NCBI RefSeq assembly: GCF_018350175.1 | Contig: NC_058368.1 | Span: 94,862,001-94,926,000 of the forward strand | From: Felis catus | Lineage: Eukaryota | Reading direction: 5' to 3' | DNA length: 64,000 bases | Shown: positions 50,887-63,661 of the stretch, piece after piece | Position numbering within the stretch: position 1 is the stretch's first letter | Layout of the letters: every line of letters starts with the position of its first letter | Program-made: the position numbers and the translations under genes | The notes under the pieces: generated by a model | Told to the model about the DNA's origin: nothing | Seen by the model: the letters and a program-made list of their open reading frames with translations, nothing else | Databases searched by the model: none

Positions 50887-52069
50887 TTGTCATGACCAAA
50901 AAGAGATTAGGTAAAAATAATAGAAACCCCATCCTGCATAGCTAATGCAGATAGTTTGGGTATCTGATCAATGGGCAAAAAGCAAGTACTTAAGGCCCTC
51001 AGCTCCAATCTTTTGTTCATTTCTTATTGCTGGAATTTCATATTCATTCTTGTTGGATGCCTCAACCAGCCGGTGGTAGAGACGGTCAGTGAGCATTTAC
51101 TCAGCCCTGCACTGCTCATGCTGGAGCAAAAGTCTCAGCCGGTGGGTCCGCTGCTTTGGTCTCTGTGCTATCCAGCAGTTTCCAGTTTTCTGAGCCCCTG
51201 TGTGGGAAATTGAAGTTTTGTGGGTACTAACCTTGAGGGACCTGCTGACCTTGGGTCCCATCTCCTTGATTCCCCTTACCTTCTTCATCGCCATCCTCTC
51301 TAGGCCATCTTTGATAAGGAGGGACCCCTGGGAAGTCATGGTCTATAACCCCGATACACATTCTGTCTTTATGGCCTACCTTGTTCTCCTGCACCCCGCT
51401 TGTCAGCCCCCTCCACCTTTTCTCCCCCAACAGAAGGGCTGGGATCCTGGGGTCCACACCCACAGTCTGTGCTCAGCAGGAAGCTGGGAGCCTACGCGCA
51501 GTATGGGAGTGCCGGGACTGTTGGCCCCGAACTTGGGGAGCCCTCCAAGAGCCATCCCCTCTCTTTTCACCCTACTCTCATCGCTTTGGTAGCTCCGCTG
51601 GTGAGTGTGTGGAGGACCCGGCCGATCTTGGATAGTCTGTAATGCCTCTGGTGAGCTGTGTCACCGCCTTGCACTGGAACCCCACCAGGGCGCGTGACCT
51701 TTGCTGCCCCTGTACCCTTTTCTCCTGCAACAAGATCGAATTCCAGTCTCTCCACCAACTACACCGAGAAAGTTCTTCCTGGGGCTTTTCTTCTTTATGG
51801 CAGACTTGGTGTACAAAATACGTCTTCCTCAGTGTCCTTTTTGTCTATTGAAACCATATTCGTTTCTTACAAGGAACCATTTTATTGTTCCCCAAAGCTT
51901 CATTGCAATGACCCTGACCCAGCAGGCAGAGGTCGTGGATGTGAGTCCTCTGCCCCTGCTCCCTGTGCTTGGCATTGACCTTGCGGACGAGGGCGAGGCA
52001 GGGACTGCTGGGCACGATGGCAATTAGGTTGGTGCCGTGCTGGAGCTGCACAGGGCTCCCTGAGCTTCC

Positions 52070-52316
52070 TTCTTTTTAAATTAAAGGAAAAAAAGATGCT
52101 TGTTGTGGAAAACAGTTATAAAACAAACATAAAGCATATGCAGAAGAAGGCAATAGACGTTACATATAATCCTACTACTTAGAAATAAGGAGTATTAATA
52201 TCTAGGCATAAAGACATCTATGTATATATGCATATGTGTGTGCAGGTATCCCTATATATACATATAGATGGAAAGAAAAACAAATACGGATGAATATCTA
52301 TGCATGTGTGTGTATA

Positions 52317-52347
<31 letters not shown>

Positions 52348-52820
52348 ATATTTAGGTTGGATAGTTTTGTTTGTTTTTACTTTTATGCACAAATGGCATA
52401 CACACCACACAGGGTCGCGTCATCTGCTTGATGCCTTCTAGAAAATTTGCTAATATATCGCAACAAACCCTCAAAATCAATAAACACATTTCTTATACAT
52501 TGTCCCTGACTCTCCCACTTAAGAAGTTATTTTAGTTCTTGACCACGATCAGCTCGAGGTACTGAAAATCCTTGCACAGGATTTTGTTCAAATTCTGAAT
52601 TCTTTCTTGAGGCTACGTGTTAAAAGGCAGACTTCCTTGCTGAATTGAAGGTTTGCACGTCGTGCCAAATATAAGCAGCTGTTCTTACCAGCTGTGTGTG
52701 TCCTTCTTTTGCATCATGCTTAATATTGTCCTTTGCCCACTTTTTCAAAAAAGATATTGGTTATTTTCCTATCGATTGATAAGATTCCTTTCTTCTTAAT
52801 AGACATTAGTTGCCCACCCT
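52070..52820 (-). mobile_element. Ancient L1ME-like fragment with AT/TG simple repeats
   Basis: Degraded L1 3' motifs (cataatcctactacttagaaataa; tcctttgcccactttttc). Confidence 0.5.
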
Positions 52821-52865
52821 AGTGCTTAGCATTGGCTACCCTGTCTTTTTTTGTTGTTACTGTTA

Positions 52866-53063
52866 ATTTTTTAAGTTTATTTATTTTGAGAGAGAGAGAG
52901 AGTGTAAGCGAGGGAGGGGCAGAGAGAGAGAATCACAAGCAGGCTCCAACCTATCAGCGCAGAGCCTGACACGGGGCTCCATCTCACAAACAGGGGGATC
53001 ATGACCTGAGCCAAAATCAAGAGTTGGACGCTCAACTGCTCAACCAACTAAGTCAGGCGCCCC
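52866..53063 (-). mobile_element. CanSINE
   Basis: Reverse SINE; flanks gcattggct. Confidence 0.9.
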
Positions 53064-54138
53064 GGCATTGGCTGCCCTTTCTGACACCTGTGTATCCTGC
53101 TAAGTACCACTAACAAATCGATTTTGTTCAACTCCATTCAAACACACGCTGAACTAAAAAGCCAGATATTTCCCCATCACGTTATCCAAAGTGTTATCCG
53201 TGTTGTTTACTGGGTTCTGCTGCACCACTGCCACCCAATCAGAATTTCATTTCTTCCATCAACTAAAGCAAGGTCATTCCTGCCCCTAAAACTCCAGGGA
53301 AATTGTTCCTGTTTCTCAAGTTGTAGCTCAGACATCACCAACTCCAGGAAGCTTCCCTGATTTCTCTTTCATTGTAATCCCTTGACCCTTTCTTTGAACT
53401 CTTGAAGAACTTGCTGTCTCTACACATTTAGCAGTTTAACTTGATATTCTTTTGTATTATTAGTATATATGTGTGTATAGATACATGTATGCCTATACAT
53501 ATTCCATTGATCAATGAAAGACCCAGGATTTCTAATTCTCCTTCTAAATATTCTTTAAAGACTGGGGCAGAGATGACGAGTTGTTAATGATTGGCTGATT
53601 GATTAAGAAAGAAAGACGATGAGCAATATTTCTGTGCTTAAAAGCAACACTAGAATGCATAAAAATATTGAAGGTCACCAGTAATGATGGACTTTCCCCT
53701 CTGTGTAAGTGGGGATACGTGGTACCCTGGTAAACCAGAGAGTGATACATTCATAGAGGAGGTTGAATACGCTGTTCTACTTACTATCCAGTTTAGCTCC
53801 ATATTGTGTGTTTCCCAAGGAATCATATGAAACTGGGTAACTGTGTTTGTCTGTAATACTTGGGATGTGCTACAGGTGTGGTCTTTTACCAGACAGTTTG
53901 CCATTTCACCAGGTAGGAGCCCTCATGGGGTTCCCAGGGGAATAAATAATCCAGTAGCAAAATAACCCTTTCTCTTGCTGATATGGACCCCCTCTGGAGT
54001 GCAAAACTGTGGTGGCTTATTATGATAATGAAGCCTTTGACTTTTGGCTCTCACTTCCTGAGAAGGGGTGAGGGGAGGAAGGAAAGAAGAGGAAAAGGTG
54101 AAAGAAGGTCCCTACCCTGGAATAAAAGAGGAATCTCT

Positions 54139-54683
54139 AGGGGCACCTGGGTGGCTCAGTCGGTTGAGCATCCCACTTTGGCTCAGGTCATGATCTTGTG
54201 GTTTGTGGGTTCAAGCCCTGCTCTGGGCTCTGTGCTGACAGCTTGGAACCTGGAGCCTGCTTCGGATTCTGTGTCCCCCTCTCCCTCTGCCCCTCCCCTG
54301 CTTGTGCTCTCTCTCTGTCTCAAAAATAAACATTAAAAAAATTTTTTTTTGAAAAGTGTAATCTCTACAGAGTTTGGAGGACTGGAGGTGGCCTCAAGTA
54401 GGGACTTTAGAAGGAGGTCCCCACCCCTGAGGTCCAAATCCTAAGTCTGATTCTGCAGATGGGGGCTCTGAGCAGTCTTTTTTTTTAATGTTTTATTTAT
54501 CTTTGAGGGAGACAGCATGATGGGAGAGGGGCAGAGAGAGAAGGTGGGGGGTAGGACAGAGGATCTGAAGCAGGCTCTGCACTGAGAGCAGAGAGCTCCG
54601 TGCAGGTTTCCATCCAACCACCCTTGAGATCATGACCTGAGCCAAAGTCAGACGTTCAGCTGACTGAGCCACCTGGGTGCCCC
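54139..54683. mobile_element. Inverted SINE pair (54139-54350 +, 54478-54683 -)
   Basis: Two SINE bodies tail-to-tail. Confidence 0.9.
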
Positions 54684-54899
54684 GGGCGCTGACCAATCTT
54701 AACCTTTTCAATCTTCAGCTTCAGTCCATACAATGGGGAAGAGTCAGTGTCTCTGGTATTTCACAGACACAAGGCAGAACAGGACTGAGGCTTTCAATGA
54801 TGTCAATAACTATTACTTCGGTACAGTAATTCTTTGGCGAAACTCTTAACAGTTCGTTGTTTTCAGAGGGGCTCCAAATGCCCAAAGGCTATCATTCTT

Positions 54900-56120
54900 C
54901 CCCTGTGGCCACATGAGGCAACGGTGGGCGCCATCCCGCCAACTCGTGTTTCAGATTCCACAGCGGACAAGGATGGGTGCCTTGTTCCAGACTAGAAACG
55001 GTGCCCGCGGAGGGGCCAGATTGGCAGATTGCACTTTCCAGAAAGAGGAAACCTCTTCTTCTAGAGCAGGCTGCTCTGGATGGCAGTAAGGCGGTGCCCT
55101 GCCAGGCTCCGGGGCATCGCCCGGTGGGCTTGGACGGAGCAGGGCAGCCCAGGGCTAGCCGTGTGGTGCCCTTGCAGGAGCGCTTACCTACCCACGGGAG
55201 AGACGGAGCGGCGTAGGCTCCTGGCGGAGCCTGCCCCACCAAAAACTACTGTCTGAACATTTCAACCCACCGTTGTAAACGGGACATTTCATATACAGAT
55301 GCAGATGTCCTGTCTCTCTTGAAAGATCAGCCTATCCCACGGCCGTGGCTTCGGACTCCCGTTGTCTGATGGCAACAAGAGAGTTTGCTCTCCTGTTTGC
55401 TTCTGCCTCCGCTTGGCCTCTCTGGCACCACCCATGCCCATCAGATTGCCAGCCTGATCAAGGTCAGGAGGGCCTCTGCTGCCCCACTCCCCACACCCCC
55501 CTGGAGATGGGGCTGGGAGCAAGGTGCACTGTTAAAAAGAGAAGGGCAATTGGTGGAAGATGTTGTTTCCTACATCTTTTCCCTTTGCTCCGCAGAAGCA
55601 GCGGACAAACAACCGGCCAGCCACAGTGAGGATGCGTTGAACTGCCCAGGAGGGAGGATGCTGTGCTAGGAGGGAGAAGACTGGCTTTCCTGAGCTCTGT
55701 GCTAAGGGCATGGACCTGAGCCTTTTCTTAGGAGCCAGGCTCTTCCAGGTTTGCATTCCCAAGTGGAGGGGCCGCACAGCCAGGATGCTGCGGGGTCTCT
55801 GGGCTTTCACAGGAGCCCAGCATCCAGTGCCCCCCTCCCCTCGCCCCACTGGTTTTGCTGGACCTCAGGACTTCTGCAGAGAGGAGAGGCGCTCGCTGGC
55901 CAGGTGACTTTCGCATTTGTTGCCTGCACCGCCGCCCGTGGCTTCCGAAACTGTTTGTGTGGTTGCTGTTGCTTGTGTTCTTGCACTGGAAATACGTAGC
56001 ATCTAGGCACTTCCTTGGGATGTTTTCAGCCAGCTCTTTACCATCCTGGATTCCGCCTGTTGCCTTGTTTCTTCGGGCTAGCGGGGGCTGCTGCCCGGCC
56101 CCTTCTGTTAGTTCTTGTTT
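54900..56120. promoter_or_regulatory. GC/CpG-enriched, repeat-free candidate regulatory region
   Basis: Frequent CpGs (gtgcccgcgg, gacggagcggcg, gcaccgccgcccgtgg); no recognisable coding similarity. Confidence 0.35.
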
Positions 56121-56336
56121 ACCTCTAGGTGGTATTCTTCCTTTCAAGACAGGATTCTGTAGCTTGCTCAGCTCAGGGCGAGCTGTTAACATTCTTTTCC
56201 TGGGGCTAGTCAGCTTGCAGATCCAGAGAGGCTTTGGAGTCTCTCTGCAGATTGCACTCTGCCCGCACCAGGTCCCCTGCGGGCATCCAGTGGTAACTGA
56301 GTATCAGTTTCCATGGTTCTAGAAACCTGCTCTCTT

Positions 56337-56540
56337 GGGGGCGCCTGGGTGGCTCAGTCGGTGAAGTGTCGGACTTCGAATCAGGTCATGATCTTGCAGT
56401 TCGTGGGTTCGAGCCCGACTGGGCTGGCGGCTCAGGACCTAGAGCCTGCTTCAGGTTCTGTGTCACTCCTTCCCTGTTTATGTGCTCGCGCTCTCTCTCT
56501 CTCTCAAAAATAAATAAATAAACTTTAAAAAGAAAGAAAG
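56337..56540 (+). mobile_element. SINEC_Fc-type SINE
   Basis: Typical; flanks agaaac(c/t)tgct. Confidence 0.9.
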
Positions 56541-57091
56541 AAACTTGCTTTATTGAGGGAGAAGCAGGGCTGGGAAGGATGAGGCTGAGGCCAAGTTTCT
56601 GCAAATCTAAGTACTAATTCCAGAGCCACATCTTGGACCCTGTCTGCCGCTCATGCTCTAGAGGCAGACGAAACCACTCATGGAAGTCTGGGAACAAAGG
56701 GCCCCGGTTCTCAGAGGAGTCTTATCTTCCTGCAGCAACAGTCCTTAGGGGATCTTGGATGTCTCAAGACACAAGGAAGCTCCGGGCCCTGTAGCATCCC
56801 AATAGAGGCTGGTTGGGAACCAATAGGGACTCTTCCTGCCATGTGCAGTATAGACTAGATGCAGACAAGTTCAAGTTCACAGACCCACTGACATTCAGCC
56901 AAAGGCCTGTTGGGAGTCTGGAGCCCAGGAAAAATTTCTGATTGGAACTTTCATTGGAAGGATTGGAACTTTCATAGGAAGGCAGCCCAAAGCCCAGAAG
57001 AGCTATTATCCACCTGCGAGCCAAGAGGAAGGCAGAGGCCATTTTCAGGATAAGGTAGAGACAACACCTCCCTCCCTTCCATCAATATTTC

Positions 57092-57305
57092 TTTTCTTTT
57101 CTTTTTAAATTTTTAATGTTAATTTTTGAGAGAGACAGAGCATGGGTGGGGGGGGTGGGCAGAGAGAGAGGGAGACACAGAATCCGAAGCAGGCTCCAGG
57201 CTCTGAGCTGCCAGCATACAGTCCGAGACGAGGCTTGAACTCATGAACCGTGAGATCATGACCTGAGCCAAAGTCGGAGGCTTCACTGACTGAGCCACCC
57301 AGGCT
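57092..57305 (-). mobile_element. SINEC_Fc-type SINE with complex 5' junction
   Basis: TSD tccatcaatatttc. Confidence 0.9.
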
Positions 57306-58092
57306 CCACCCTCCATCAATGGGTGATGGCCACCCTCCATCAATATTTCCTTACACTGGAAATTCAAACCAAAAGTTTGTCATTTGCTAGGTACGTGGCA
57401 CCTTCTCTGCTGGCCCTAGACTCTTGTCCTGGGCCATGGCTTTGTGCACAGCTCCTGCCAGAGAGGATTCAGCAAAGCTGAGAGGGCAGGCTCTGATCCA
57501 CCAAGACTTATGAATTGAAAAAGAAATCTGGCAGCACTCACTCTGGGTTTGGCCTGGGGGTCCCCCTGTGCCCTGGAAGCTGGGGTCTTTGAACGGATTT
57601 ATCCTGCAGACCGTGGGGAGACATGGGCCCCCTCTGCCAGCAGAGAACAGAAGGCTTCCTGGCGTCCATCTGGATACATTGCTTTTGCTGTGGCAGGACA
57701 ATGTCGTGGCCCCAGAGCAAATCCCTCAGCATTACTGGTGGTGGCTTTGGCTCTGAGCTCTCTATCAGGGCAAGCGCCTGGCCGTGGGTGCGGGGCCCTG
57801 GCCGGTGAGGGCAGACACAGTGCAGGCAGCCTGTGGCAGCTACATTCAGGGAAGGGCCTCTGCAGGCCTAGCCCTGGCCTCTGGGCTTACGTGCTATGCT
57901 TGATGGCCAAGGGGAAGGACAGCTAAGTCCAGTCCCATGTACTTAGGACCTGAAGATGGCCTCAGGCAAAAGTGGAGAGCCTGAGAAGTTTCCCCTCTAC
58001 CCTTCCAGCTGCTGACTGACCACACCCTTTAAAGGCACAGCCCTCCCATTATGGCCCAGCTGTGCCAATTCTGCAGTTTTTAGGAAGAGCTC

Positions 58093-58622
58093 TTTTGTTT
58101 TTAATTTTTTAATGTTTATTTACTTTTGAGAGAGAGAGAGAGAGACAGAGTGTGAGTGGGGGAGGGGCAGAGGGAGAGGGAGACACAGAATCGGAAGCAG
58201 GCTCCATGATCTGAGCTGTCAGCACAGAACCCAATGCGGGCCTCAAACCCATGAACCAAGAGATCATTACCTGAGCTGAAGTCGGACGCTCAACTGACTG
58301 AGCCACCCAGGCGCCCCAGGAAGAGCTCTTATTTTGCAGGGCTTTGTTTTTTTTTCTAACCCCTATGGGGGTTGTTAATATAGTCCTTACCTCAGTGTTG
58401 AAAACGTGCTTTTGGGCACCTGGGTGTCTCAGTCGGTTAAGCGTCCAACTTCACCTCAGGTCGTGATCTCGCAGTTCATGGGTTCGAACCCTGAATCGGG
58501 CTCTGGCGTCGGGCTCTGTACTGACAGCTCAGTGCCTAGAACCTGCTTCGTGTTCTCTCTCTCTGCCCTCCCCCATTCTCTCTCTCTCTCTCTCAACAAT
58601 AAATGAAACATTTTTAAAAAAG
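58093..58622. mobile_element. Head-to-head SINE pair (58093-58317 -, 58414-58622 +)
   Basis: TSDs aggaagagctctt and gaaaac(g/a)tgcttt. Confidence 0.9.
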
Positions 58623-60314
58623 AAAACATGCTTTCATATTTGAGCTGCAAAACGGTCCTGGGATGTGAGTAGACTTTGTATTGGTATGTGCATACTCCTC
58701 CCATCCTCACACCCTCCTTTACAGACAGGGGTCCCAAGATTCTGAGAAAGGGGGGAATTGGCCCCTTTACCTATGAGGTAAAGGCTGTGACTTCTGGGGA
58801 GCCCTGTGTTGGGAATCAGAAGGACCTAGATTCAAATCGAAGCCCCGCCGCTGGCTTGCGAGTTCGCATCTTTTAGTTTTTTTAGACCATTCTGAGCCTG
58901 AGCTTCCTTATAAAAGGTATAAAAAGGGAATTACATAATGTATGGGGTTGATAGGAACAAGAAATGAGAGCACAAGGGAGGTGTTCGGTCATCGTGGAAA
59001 TACTGGCCGTAGTCTGTCGAAAGCCCAGGCGCCATGTTTGATTTTCATTTGCTCACATACCACTCGTGTAAAGCCACCTCTTCATGGCCATATTCCGTTA
59101 GCGATGACCCCAAGTGAGACTGAGGTGCTATTGCCAGGACACTTCCCAGCGTCCTCACACGGAAACGACCGGGTTTCATTATTTTGTCCCTACATTATCT
59201 TAAATAGTGCGAACCCAAGGGGCCCTTTCCATCCTCATTCCCTGGGCAAAGCACTTGGAGCACATTTCCAGGATCTCCTTGGTGACCCTCAGGTATTGGT
59301 TGGCGGATCATTGTACTACCAAGGCAGACAGAGCAGAGCTGAGGATTTCACATTTCCAAAATACACATCATTTCTTTTCACACAGAACTTTCCATTATAG
59401 GCCCTTACAAACCCGTTCTGTGGGTTTCCAGCTGTCAGTTCTACCTCTCACACACCCACTGGCACTGGCTAATGTTGGCTACTTGACCGTACAAACGTGC
59501 TCACGTCTAAACACAATCCATAGTGTCCACTAGAGGATGATCTTTCCTCCTGCCTTCCATGGCCTTCCTCACCCACAGACCGCCTTCCCGGAAAGAATGC
59601 CCGACACCAAGACATGTCTCCTCCCGGAGCTGGAAGGCAACATCTCTCTGTCCCTCAGAAACTCCTAGCACTTGTCTGTGTCTCTCACATACCGACTTAT
59701 CCCAAAATATTCATTTAATCTAATCTTCCTGGTTTACCACCTCTTTTCATAGAGGGACTTGAAGACAAATTCCTGTGATTCATCTTTGTAGACCCATGAT
59801 ACCAAACATTGTGCCTTTCATATATTTTCAGGCGAATTAGCAAATTACATAGACACATTAAAGCCTTTAAGTATGGAAGAAAATGGTGGAACTAGCTTGA
59901 ATTATTGAAAAGTGAGAATATATTTGATGCTATGTAGTCCCATTATTTTCAAATATATACCTTCAACTAGGCTAATCCAGTCTTTCTTCATCCATATCAT
60001 TAGGGAACCTATGTCAATGAATAATTAAGTTATGACTGATATTATATCAATTATTTACACGTACTTGATGTTTCTGAAATACTTCTCAAGTCTTTGGAAA
60101 GAGTTTTTTCTCCTCCTATTTTACCCATTTCTACCTTGACATCTAGTTTATTAATTTATTGTTCATAGCTCATGCATAAATATATTTCAGCCCAACCTCT
60201 GTCTGAAGGACCAAAATACAGTCTGGGAGAATCACCAGTCCTGGGAGATGCGCCATGAAAGCAATCTATGTTGTCATCCAATAATTTTAGGAAATACTGC
60301 CATCCTATTTCTAA

Positions 60315-60517
60315 CTTTTTTTTTTATGTTTATTTATTTATTTATTTTGAGAGAGAGCGTGAGCAGGGGAGCAGCAGAGAGAGAGGGTGGGAGAGAGAAT
60401 CCCAAGTAGGCTCTGCTGTCAGCACAGAGCCCGACATGGGACTCAATCCCATGAACCGTGAGGTCATGACCTGAGTCAAAGTCAGATGCGTAACTGACTG
60501 AGCCACCCAGGCGCCCC
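60315..60517 (-). mobile_element. CanSINE
   Basis: Reverse SINE. Confidence 0.9.
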
Positions 60518-61129
60518 ATCCAGTAACCATTTCTTGGAGCCTCCAGTGGGTATCCGGAACAAGTTGCTAGGAATACACAGGAGACTAGGAGACTGTCTCT
60601 ACCCTGCCCTGAAGACATTATCTGAAAACAAATCCTGACAAGGCAGAGTGAGGACGGCAGTGGTCGTTTGCAAGCAGCTCATGGAAATAACCCCTCTGTC
60701 TTCGGCATCCACCACTAAGAGGGATCAGGGTCACTTCCGTAGTCCCAGTCTGTGCCACCTCCCCCATGGTGGGGCACAGACAGAGGGTCTCCTCCGAAGC
60801 TCAGCCTCCCCCTGCCTAGCTCCTGCCACAGGCAAATCTGAGAGGGTTTCGCACCCTCCCTCCCCACCATTTCCACTGGGTGACTTTAGGTTCAATCACG
60901 TGTGCCGTTGCCAATAGTCAACTGGTTGGTGCCTGAAAATGGCAATTTCAGATGGTTCAACTCCACACTTCTTTCTCCCTTGGTGCCTCTGTGAGCTTCC
61001 TTTGGAGTAAGGGCCAAAGAGGAGTTTGCACAGGAGGAAGCAAAAAGACTGTCGCACGTGGGGACCCTGTCACTCCACCTGTCTCAATCCCTATTTCCCC
61101 CAGCTCTGATCTCCATCTGTGGTTACCTC

Positions 61130-61349
61130 TTTTTTTTTTTTAGTTTTTTTTTTTTTAACATTTATTTATTTTTGAGAGACAGAGCATGAGCAGGGGAGGG
61201 GCAGAAAGAGAGGGAGACACAGAATCCAAAGCAGTCTCCAGGCTCTGAGCTGTCAGCACACAGCCTGACCTGGGGCTCCAACTCATGGACTATGAGATCA
61301 TGACCTAAGCCGAAGTTGGAGGCTTAACCCACTGAGCCTCCCAGGCGCG
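61130..61349 (-). mobile_element. SINEC_Fc-type SINE
   Basis: TSD gttacctctt. Confidence 0.92.
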
Positions 61350-61805
61350 CTATAGTTACCTCTTGAGACTCAAGCTCATCAGCTCATGGCTACAACTGGC
61401 TACTTCCTAGACAGACCCCAGGGCACACTCCATCCTCTCCCCTGAGATACAACCCTACGTATGTCTCAGCTGGAGAGGCCTTGCAGAAGAGCTTGCGTGA
61501 GTGCTGTGCCCCACCTGTGATGGCCCCTCACCCCTCACCCCGGGGTGCAAATGGACTTATATGCCCACTTCCACTTCGGGTCACACAGCTGCGACCCCTG
61601 CCCCTCTTCACCCTCAAGGGTACCGTCTTCCTCTTCGTACAACTCCCCCAGAGCAATGACTGTCAGGCTGAGGGCAGATCTCTTTGCAAAGACAGAAAAC
61701 TGAGGCACTGAGAAGTGAAACAGCCATCTGGCTGAGTGGTCAAGGCCCTTGCTCAAAGCCAAGGCTCAAAAAAATATCAAACTGACTTAAAAAAGAATAA
61801 ATACA

Positions 61806-62012
61806 GGGGCGTCTAGGTGGCCCAGCCAGTTAAGCGTCTGAGTTCGGCTCAGGTCATGATCTCTCTGTCTGTGGTTCAAGCCCTTCATCGGGCTCTGTGC
61901 TGACAGCTTGGTGCCTGGAACCTGCCTCGGATTCTGTGTCTCCCTCTCTCTCTGCCCCACCCCTGCTCTCTCTCTCTCTCTCTCAAGAATATTTAAAAAA
62001 TATATATATTTT
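61806..62012 (+). mobile_element. SINEC_Fc-type SINE
   Basis: Typical body. Confidence 0.9.
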
Positions 62013-62817
62013 TAACAAAAACAGAGAATTAGTTAAAAACAAATTCTCTCGGTGGGTATGGCCTGGTGATCATGTTATCGTGTGTCTGATACATGCAATG
62101 CCATGTGTGGGGTCCCAGGGGACAAAGGGAGTCTGGACAAGGGGAGTTGACCCAGGGGAGGGGTCGAGTTCCATAACCAAGGGGAGAAATCATGTTGGAT
62201 GCATCAGGATACATTTTTGGCTTCGGTGACCCAAGGAATAAAACATTCTCATGTATGTTGTGGTCACATTTTATGCAATGGGTGCTTTTTTGAAGACCTT
62301 GCATAATTCAAGACAAACTTTCCCATGGCAATAAATGTAGAGTCAGGGGGATGTGTTCCAGGAGAGCATAAATCTGTAATTATTACGTTGTCTCTTGGTT
62401 TGAAAGCTCTGTCCCCCCCGACCCCGCTCCCCGTAGCATTATCTTTAATATTTTGCAGAGCCTTTTCCTATATTAATAGCGTGTCAGAGTGTGTGAACGG
62501 GTTTCACTGTGGCATTTTACCACATCTAACTTCCCTTGCACAGATTTCGATTTAGGGGAACTTTTTATCAGCCTTAGCACGAACATCCCCATTCAGGGAT
62601 CTTTTAGGTGACAGTAAATGACATCAGTGAAGATAAATATTGGCAAAATCATCACCAGGATGCTAGCAAAGTCTTTGATATATGTAAATAATAAGAAGAT
62701 TCACGGATTACAGATGCTGAGAAAAGATGGCAGGCATTTCTGTGGCCTGGCGTGTGGGAAAAGTAGAAATGGTTCCCAGGACCTCCCCTGGTCTTGAAAT
62801 TATGCAATTCGTAAAAA

Positions 62818-63025
62818 TTTTTTTTTAACATTTATTCATTTTTGAAAGATAGAGAGGCAGAGTGCGGGTGGGGAAGGAGCAGAGAGTGAGATACACAGAA
62901 TACGAAGCAGGCTCCGGGCTCTGAGCTGTCAGCACAGAGCCCAACGCAAGGGCTCGAACCATGAACCGTGAGATCATGACCTGAGCCGAAGTCGGACGCT
63001 TAACCAAATGAGCCATCCAGGCACC
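62818..63025 (-). mobile_element. SINEC_Fc-type SINE
   Basis: TSD tgaaattatg. Confidence 0.92.
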
Positions 63026-63443
63026 TGAAATTATGAAATGCCTGATGGCTTTTTAAAAAAAATTTTGGAGTATTCACGTTAATTCTAATTTTGTGTATCG
63101 CATGAGACTGTTAAGTGAGTACTATTTTATATCACATGGTTCAGATTGGCTTTGTGTGCATCGTGGTGACAAAATGGGATCCCATGTGCCTGACGACCTA
63201 GAGCTGGAGATCTTGGGCAGAGACTGGAGGGAGGGGAGGTGGGGGTGGGGTGGCCTGCAGGGTAGTCTGGACCCAGGAGACAGCAGGCAGCAGTAAGTGG
63301 GTGAGTGTGCCTCCCTGCCTGGTGGTCTCCTCTACCTTCACGGAAATGAAAACTCACTACTTGCCTCTTCTACACCCACAGGCAAATGCCCCAGGGGGAT
63401 ACTCAGGTATGTGAATTCCCTGACTGGTTCTACAGCAGTGGTT

Positions 63444-63514
63444 TTCTTTCTTTTCTTTCTTTCTCTTTCTTCTTTTGTCTTTCTTTCTTTCTTTTTTTCT
63501 TTCTTTTTTTCTTC

Positions 63515-63564
<50 letters not shown>

Positions 63565-63610
63565 CTTTCCTTTCATCTTTTGTTTTTCTTTCTTTCTCTT
63601 TCTTCTTTTG

Positions 63611-63661
<51 letters not shown>

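Larger units (their letters stand above)
50410..52065 (-). pseudogene. YBX1: YBX1 (Y-box binding protein 1) processed pseudogene, degraded, with 5'UTR remnant, CDS remnant (~52015-51097), 3'UTR and poly(A) remnant
   Basis: Minus-strand peptides in shifting frames match YBX1: RVIAMKLWGTIKWFLVRNEYGF (YBX1 [22 protein letters not shown], cold-shock domain); [27 protein letters not shown] ([27 protein letters not shown]); EGADKRGAGEQGRP*RQNVYRGYRP; PPYQRWPREDGDEEGKGNQGDGTQGQQVPQ; C-terminal EQCRAE* (EQGGAE*), stop at 51097-51099. No introns, several frameshifts and stops. 3'UTR matches recalled YBX1 (gaaattccagcaataagaaatgaacaaaagattggagctga ... ttaataaaga/gtcttaaa). Confidence 0.95.

Noticed and set aside
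51200..52027. Plus-strand ORFs (130, 106, 108 aa) with hydrophobic stretches
   Set aside because: Antisense shadows of the YBX1 pseudogene.
55361..55376. RFX X-box-like gttgtctgatggcaac
   Set aside because: Half-site spacing is longer than canonical.
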